The notes beneath the pieces are model-generated. The model had not been told where the DNA came from, ran no database searches, and saw only the letters and a list, made by a program, of their open reading frames with translations. Positions 58,779 through 64,000 of a DNA stretch of 64,000 nt are shown one piece after another. The position numbers were made by a program, and so were the translations under genes. Each line of letters begins with the position of its first letter. The stretch's first letter is position 1. Origin of the DNA: Armatimonadota bacterium (GTDB taxonomy: Bacteria; Armatimonadota; Fimbriimonadia; Fimbriimonadales; GBS-DC); assembly GCA_037444405.1 (NCBI GenBank), contig JBBIML010000012.1, forward strand, positions 95,463-159,462, read 5' to 3'.

Positions 58779-59874
58779 CCTGCTGTTGACGGCGCTGCTC
58801 ATCGCGGGCGCATGGGCACAGCGCGTGCAGGAGGTGCCCAACCCGCGCGAAACGGGTGGCTGGGTCACCGATATGGCGGGCGTTCTGACACCCGACCAGC
58901 AGCAACGCCTGAACGAGATAATTGACGCGCTCGAACGCGATACGGGCGCCGAGATGGCAATCGTCATTCTCCGACGCACGGTGGACGCTGAGCCGAAAGA
59001 GTTCGCCACCGAGCTGTTCAACCGCTGGGGCGTCGGCAAAAAAGATATTAACAACGGTGTGCTGATCCTGGTCGCATTAGAGCAGCGGCGTGTGGAGGTC
59101 GAAACGGGCTACGGCATCGAGGCAATCATCCCCGACTCTGAGGTCGGACTGCTGTTGCAGGATTTCATGGTGCCCGCGTTTCGGCGGGGCGATTATGCGG
59201 GCGGGCTGGTCGCGCTGGTGGACGAGTTGAGCCAGCGCATTCGCGACCGTCTGGCGGAGCCAGCTGCAGCGCCAACCGCGCAGGCGCCCCCCATCGGGGC
59301 GATACTGGGCGTGTTGCTAACGGCGGGCGGGGTGGGGCTGGCAGGCTGGCTGCTGTTGCGCGAGCGGGCGCCCCTCTGCCCCACCTGCCGCCAGCCAATG
59401 CGCCTGCTCACCGAACAGCAGGATGACGCCTACCTCAACCCCCTGCAGCTGCTGGAAGAGAGATTGATGAGCGTCGACTATCGCGTGTGGCGTTGCGATC
59501 GGTGTCAGACGCTGGAGATTCGCCCGCGCGTGCTATGGTGGTCAGGCTACGAAAAGTGCCCGAAATGTGGCGGGCGCACGGTGCAGACGCGCAGTCATGT
59601 GGTACGCGAACCGACCTATACGCGGTCGGGGCTGGAGATGATTCATAAGGTGTGCAAGAACCCACGCTGTGACTATGAAGATGAGCAGCAGCGCGTGCTG
59701 CCCCGCCGCGAGCGGGCGCCCAGCGTGATTGTCACGGGCGGAGGCGGCTCGTCGCGAAGCGGCGGCTGGTTCGGCGGCAGTTCAGTTGGGAGCGGTGGCT
59801 GGGGCGGATGGTCAGATGGCGGCAGCTTCGGCGGCGGCGAGAGCGGCGGAGGCGGCGCAGGCGCCAGCTGGTGA
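58765..59874 (+). CDS. TPM domain protein with TM, Cys-rich zinc ribbons and Gly-rich tail
   Basis: WVTDMAGVL, WGVGKK..NNGVLILV, ETGYG, FGGGESGGGGAGASW. Confidence 0.88.
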   Translation: MRRVSLLLTALLIAGAWAQRVQEVPNPRETGGWVTDMAGVLTPDQQQRLNEIIDALERDTGAEMAIVILRRTVDAEPKEFATELFNRWGVGKKDINNGVLILVALEQRRVEVETGYGIEAIIPDSEVGLLLQDFMVPAFRRGDYAGGLVALVDELSQRIRDRLAEPAAAPTAQAPPIGAILGVLLTAGGVGLAGWLLLRERAPLCPTCRQPMRLLTEQQDDAYLNPLQLLEERLMSVDYRVWRCDRCQTLEIRPRVLWWSGYEKCPKCGGRTVQTRSHVVREPTYTRSGLEMIHKVCKNPRCDYEDEQQRVLPRRERAPSVIVTGGGGSSRSGGWFGGSSVGSGGWGGWSDGGSFGGGESGGGGAGASW

Positions 59875-59880
59875 ACAACC

Positions 59881-60549
59881 ATGGAAAAACGGTTCGAGCA
59901 GGAAGAAGCGCAGGAAGTGATTCAGGAAGCCATTCGGCTCCAGCAGGAGCACGAATCGGGCATTTCGCAGCAGGTGCTGGAGCAGAGCGCAGCCGAGCTG
60001 GGCATCGAGCCCGAGCGGTTGCGCGAGGCGATCCGCCGCATTGAGCAGGAGCGCGAGCGCCGCGCCCGCATCCGACGCAACACCCTGATTGCCGTTGGCG
60101 TCGCCGCCCTGCTGATGGTGCTGAACCTGATTTACAGCCATTTCGCCCTGAGCGACGCGTGGGCGGAAGTGCAGATGCGCAAAGCGCAGGTGGAGACTGT
60201 GCAACAGCGACGCCAATCGCTCATCCCGCGCCTGGAGATGCTGGTACAGCAGGCGAATGCCGCCCAGCGCGAACAGCTGCAGCAGGTGCTGAATACCCTG
60301 CGCCAGTCGGGCGACAAGACGCAGGCGGCACAGCTACTCCTGCGGCAGATATTGAGCGATCCCGCCCTGCGCAACGACCGCCTCACGCTCGCGCTGATGT
60401 ACGAAATCGCGGGCGCGGAGAACCGTATCGCGGTGGAGCGCGGGCGCTATGCGCAGGCTGCCGCTCGCTACAATCAGGTGGCGAACCGTTTCCCCATCCT
60501 GCTGGCGCGTCCCCTGCTGGGCTACCCCGCCCGTGCGCCTTCGCTGTAA
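59881..60549 (+). CDS. LemA family protein with N-terminal extension
   Basis: WAEV...QRRQSLIPRL, EIAGAENRIAVERGRY...YN...FP. Confidence 0.82.
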   Translation: MEKRFEQEEAQEVIQEAIRLQQEHESGISQQVLEQSAAELGIEPERLREAIRRIEQERERRARIRRNTLIAVGVAALLMVLNLIYSHFALSDAWAEVQMRKAQVETVQQRRQSLIPRLEMLVQQANAAQREQLQQVLNTLRQSGDKTQAAQLLLRQILSDPALRNDRLTLALMYEIAGAENRIAVERGRYAQAAARYNQVANRFPILLARPLLGYPARAPSL

Positions 60550-60619
60550 TCGCGCACTTTGAACGCTCTCCTGCATGGTCAGCCCCGAAACGGGGTACAC
60601 TTAACTGCCCGGAAGGTCT

Positions 60620-61153
60620 ATGAGCTACGGCTGGACAGGTGAAAAGGTGCGACTGGTGCCGCTGGACAAAGAGAAGCACCTCGAGAACGCCCTGCGCTGG
60701 GTCAATGACCCCGACATCACGCAGTGGACGCTTATCGGCGACTTCCCGCTGAGCCGATTAGCCGAAGAGGAGTGGTTCGACCGCATGATGCGGGGTACGG
60801 AGCGGGATGTCGCCTTCGCCATCGAGACTCTGGAGGGTGAACATATCGGCTTCACAGGCGTTCACCAGATTAGCTGGCGGCACGGCACGGCGACAACGGG
60901 CACGATGATCGGGCGCAGCGATTTGTGGGGCAAGGGCTACGGCACCGACGCGGTGCGGGTGCGCACGCGCTACGCCTTTGAGGTGCTGGGTCTGCGCCTG
61001 CTGCTTTCTGAAGTGCTGGATGGCAACCATGCCTCGCTGAAAATGCTGTTGAAGGCGGGCTATCGGGAGGTGGGTCGTATCCCGCGCCGCTACTGGAAGC
61101 GCGGCGCCTACCGCGATGCCATCCTGCTGGTCAGGGAGCGCGATGTGCCATAG
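60620..61153 (+). CDS. GNAT (RimJ/RimL-type) acetyltransferase
   Basis: WGKGYGTDA, YAFEVLGL, NHASLK...GY. Confidence 0.9.
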   Translation: MSYGWTGEKVRLVPLDKEKHLENALRWVNDPDITQWTLIGDFPLSRLAEEEWFDRMMRGTERDVAFAIETLEGEHIGFTGVHQISWRHGTATTGTMIGRSDLWGKGYGTDAVRVRTRYAFEVLGLRLLLSEVLDGNHASLKMLLKAGYREVGRIPRRYWKRGAYRDAILLVRERDVP

Positions 61154-61212
61154 CGCATCTTTCATCAGCCCCTCGCCCGCGCCCCACACGGGTGAGGGGT
61201 ATACTTATATTG

Positions 61213-62415
61213 ATGCGTCCCATCTATCTGGATTACGCTGCCACCACGCCATTAGACCCGCAGGTGAAGCAGGCGATGGAGCCGTTTCTGACGGATGCCT
61301 TCGGCAATCCGTCCAGCCTGCACCGCTGGGGTCGCGCGGCGAGGCTGGCAATCGACGAGGCGCGGGAGGCGCTGGCGCAGGCGCTCGGCTGCGATCCCGC
61401 CGAAATCTGCTTCGTCTCGTCGGGCACCGAATCGTGCAATCTGGCGATTATCGGCGCGTCGCTCAAAGCGCCTCCCCACCGCCGCCACCTGCTCGTCTCC
61501 GCCGTTGAGCATCACGCCGTGCTGAACGCCGCCGAGTGGCTTCGCCCCTTCGGCTACGAGCTGGAGCTGATCCCTGTGGATTCTTTCGGGCAGGTCGACC
61601 CCGACGAGGTGCGTCGCCGAATCCGCCCCGACACATGGCTGGTGTCGGTAATGCACGCGAATAACGAAATCGGCACGATTCAGCCTGTGGAGACGATTGG
61701 CGCGATCTGCCGTGAGCAGGGCGTGCTGTTCCATGTGGACGCCGTGCAGACCTTCGGGCTGTTGCCCGTGAAAGTGGAGACCATCGGCTGCGATCTGTTA
61801 AGCATCTCGGCGCACAAGATTTATGGACCCAAGGGCGTGGGCGCGCTCTATATTCGCGCGGGCACGCCGTTGCAGCCGCTGATGGTCGGGGGCGGTCAGG
61901 AACGGGAGCGACGCGCGGGCACCGAGAATGTGGCGGGCATCGTCGGCTTCGCGAAGGCGACCGCGATCGCCGAATCGGTGCGCGAATCGGAATCCCTGCG
62001 GCTGACCGCCCTGCGCGACGAGTTCATCCAGCAGGTTCTGGGGCGTGTGCCCGACGCCACCCTCACGGGTCATCCCCATCGGCGGTTGCCCGGCAACGCC
62101 CACTTTCGGTTCGCGGGTGTGCCCTCCGACAGCTTGCTGATTGCACTCGACAGGGCAGGAATCGCGGCGAGCAGTGGCGCGGCGTGCAGCGCTGGCTCGC
62201 TGGAACCCTCCCATGTGCTGCTGGCGCTCGGCTGGGACGAAGACGCCGCCCAGCAGGGCATCCGCTTCTCGCTGGGACGCCACACCACACGCGACGACCT
62301 CGCCTGCGTGGTGGAGGTGCTGGAAAGGGAGGTTGCCCGCATTCGGACTACTCATTCACGCGTGCGCCCCACAGCAGGCGGTCGCGTAGCTTCTCAAAGA
62401 ACTCACCCTCGTTAA
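61213..62415 (+). CDS. iscS: Cysteine desulfurase (IscS/NifS class)
   Basis: YLDYAATTP, GNPSS, ANNEIG, HVDAVQ, SAHKIYGPKG, SSGAAC. Confidence 0.93.
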   Translation: MRPIYLDYAATTPLDPQVKQAMEPFLTDAFGNPSSLHRWGRAARLAIDEAREALAQALGCDPAEICFVSSGTESCNLAIIGASLKAPPHRRHLLVSAVEHHAVLNAAEWLRPFGYELELIPVDSFGQVDPDEVRRRIRPDTWLVSVMHANNEIGTIQPVETIGAICREQGVLFHVDAVQTFGLLPVKVETIGCDLLSISAHKIYGPKGVGALYIRAGTPLQPLMVGGGQERERRAGTENVAGIVGFAKATAIAESVRESESLRLTALRDEFIQQVLGRVPDATLTGHPHRRLPGNAHFRFAGVPSDSLLIALDRAGIAASSGAACSAGSLEPSHVLLALGWDEDAAQQGIRFSLGRHTTRDDLACVVEVLEREVARIRTTHSRVRPTAGGRVASQRTHPR

Positions 62416-63199
62416 AAACGAGCAATCTGGTGCGGAAGGGCGCGGCGGAGATGCTCACCGTTTGACCGACGGTCAGCCACTGGTGGCGGCGTCCGTCGGC
62501 AGTGATCAACACCTGCACTTCGGGATCGCCTGTCGCCTCACAGCCGACGGTGATGTCGATGCGGGCGTCGGGCGGCAGCACCAGCGGGCGTGCGCCCAGC
62601 GTGTGGGGCGAGATGGGTGTCAGGATCAGCGCCTCGGTCGCGGGATGCATCACGGGCGCGCCTGCCGACAGCGCGTAGGCGGTGGAGCCAGTCGGCGTCG
62701 CCACCAGCGAGCCGTCAGCGGGATAGGTGGTCAGCGGCAGCCCATTAATCGCGATGCCGAAGTTGAGCATCGGCGAGGTGGGATGGCGCAGCAGCGCGAT
62801 TTCGTTCAGCGCCCACGCGAGGCGCACCTCGCCCGCCACCCGCGCCTGCACCATCAGCCGCTCCTGCACCGTGCAGTCGCCCGCCTGCCACCGCTCCAGC
62901 GCGCCCTGCAACCCGTCAGGTTCCACCTGCGCGATGAAGCCGAACCGCCCCAGATGCACGCCCAGGATTGGCACGCCTGCGGGCGCGGCTAAATGCGCCG
63001 CCGTCAACAGCGTGCCGTCGCCGCCCAGGGTGACCACCAGCGCGATGTTCGGGTCGGGCAGGCTCTCCCACGCCGTCGCCGTCTGCTGGTCTGTTAGCAC
63101 CACCTCATAGCCACGCGCTCGCAGCCAGCGGGCGACCTCCTGCGCCTGACGCACCGCCGCCGCCTTGCCCGCGTTATACACCAGCAAAATATGTCCCAT
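62348..63199 (-). CDS. nadK: NAD kinase
   Basis: LGGDGTLL, GRFGF, LNE, ATPTGSTAYALSAG. Confidence 0.94.
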   Translation of the reverse strand: MGHILLVYNAGKAAAVRQAQEVARWLRARGYEVVLTDQQTATAWESLPDPNIALVVTLGGDGTLLTAAHLAAPAGVPILGVHLGRFGFIAQVEPDGLQGALERWQAGDCTVQERLMVQARVAGEVRLAWALNEIALLRHPTSPMLNFGIAINGLPLTTYPADGSLVATPTGSTAYALSAGAPVMHPATEALILTPISPHTLGARPLVLPPDARIDITVGCEATGDPEVQVLITADGRRHQWLTVGQTVSISAAPFRTRLLVFNEGEFFEKLRDRLLWGARVNE

Positions 63200-63272
63200 C
63201 GCCCTGCCCTTCACTATACCCAAAACGCCAAAACTGGCATTTTTACCAGTCCGCCGAACGCCCCTGTCGAGT

Positions 63273-63411
63273 TATAATGGGTCAGCCTGACTGAAAGGAG
63301 CCGATTCAGGGCAAATTCGCCCTTCGAGTTGTCCGCTTTTTGGCTCCTTTTGAGTCATGTATAGACGGAAGTCCGAAAACGGGCGTTCCAGACAATCACA
63401 CAATGAGGAGG
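63273..63411 (+). promoter_or_regulatory. TATAAT promoter followed by a structured 5' leader of about 130 nt and a GAGGAGG SD
   Basis: Stems 63288-63302/63342-63357, 63303-63312/63319-63330 and 63367-63389. Confidence 0.55.
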
Positions 63412-63420
63412 TACATGCAG

Positions 63421-64000
63421 ATGAAACGAGTGAGCAGTGGGATTATGCGCCGAATCACGAGCGCACTGACGGCTGTTGTTGTGCTGGTTAGCTTCGCGAA
63501 CGCAAGCGGCGATATCGTCTGGTTCAACGGGAACTTCGACAACCAGAACGGTCTCGCCAGCGAGCGCAACACGGTAGTGTCCGACGCCCGCACCTATGAC
63601 AACTTCTCCCTGCCGACGGGCTACAATGTAGTCACTGGGCTGCTTGGACAGTTCTACCTCACCAACGAGCTGGTGGGCGCACCTGTCTACTGGGAGATTC
63701 GACAGGACGCCGGTGTTGGCAACGGCGGTACGCTGATCGCTTCGGGCACCGCCGCGGGCGGCAGCTACACCGCCATCGGGAGCGGCTTCGGACTCACCAT
63801 CTACGAGATCCGCGTCAAGATCGGGAATGTGAATCTCACCCCTGGCACCATCTACTGGATGACGATGGCGCCCGTTGGCAACGGCACGGGTCGCGCGTTT
63901 GTCGCCACGACCGACGGCGCGGGTGCGATTGGCTCCCCGATCGGCGGCGATGACGGGCTCTTCGATAGCTCGACTTTTGGGATTTCCTGGGCACGCGCTG
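63421..64000 (+). CDS. Exported protein, truncated by the window edge (resembles PEP-CTERM-type surface proteins)
   Basis: MKRVSSGIMRRITSALTAVVVLVSFANA signal peptide; open frame to 64000; absent from the ORF track because no stop is reached. Confidence 0.75.
   Translation, partial: MKRVSSGIMRRITSALTAVVVLVSFANASGDIVWFNGNFDNQNGLASERNTVVSDARTYDNFSLPTGYNVVTGLLGQFYLTNELVGAPVYWEIRQDAGVGNGGTLIASGTAAGGSYTAIGSGFGLTIYEIRVKIGNVNLTPGTIYWMTMAPVGNGTGRAFVATTDGAGAIGSPIGGDDGLFDSSTFGISWARA

Noticed and set aside
62348..62415. 68-bp convergent overlap of iscS and nadK as a regulatory device
   Set aside because: Most simply a run-on of the IscS C-terminus; no further support
63305..63390. c-di-GMP-I riboswitch (CAGGGCAAA resemblance)
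   Set aside because: Lacks the following GNRA-capped stem and the GACGCAAAG-like junction

Overview
64 kb of GC-rich bacterial chromosome, probably from a thermophilic Armatimonadota (Fimbriimonadales-like) organism. That assignment is an inference from the dockerin-like 'DDADLLxVLFxFG' C-terminal tags, the H-X9-DG prepilin protein and the gene content. Most of the window is housekeeping: rng, cutA, ribBA, apbE, yvcK/rapZ, ftsX, pfkB, metE, mtaB, rtcA/archease, two S41 proteases, rpiB, namZ, ftsK, metB-like, guaA, hpt, TPM/LemA, iscS, nadK and tRNA-Arg(TCT). Lower-GC accessory patches contain a type IIG-like restriction-modification fusion, two WD40 secreted proteins, an Fn3 plus beta-propeller gene pair, and ABC-2-like membrane proteins. 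The most notable observations are: (i) a shared dockerin-like tag ending in a C-terminal Cys on three secreted proteins; (ii) a catalytically dead S41 protease translationally coupled to an intact paralogue; (iii) a decayed mini-island around tRNA-Arg with a frameshifted toxin-like/partner pair and a methyltransferase stub ending at an 8-bp copy of the tRNA 3' end; (iv) an AioX-like binding protein plus hybrid kinase; (v) a pervasive GG(G)TANNNT -10 box driving apparently leaderless genes, plus two likely non-AUG starts; (vi) strong avoidance of GGCC and ACGT; (vii) palindromic REP-like elements, one inserted in-frame in a gene; (viii) several deletion and frameshift scars missed by the ORF track. 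No CRISPR array, rRNA, integrase or transposase was seen. All family assignments are from recalled motifs, not database searches.
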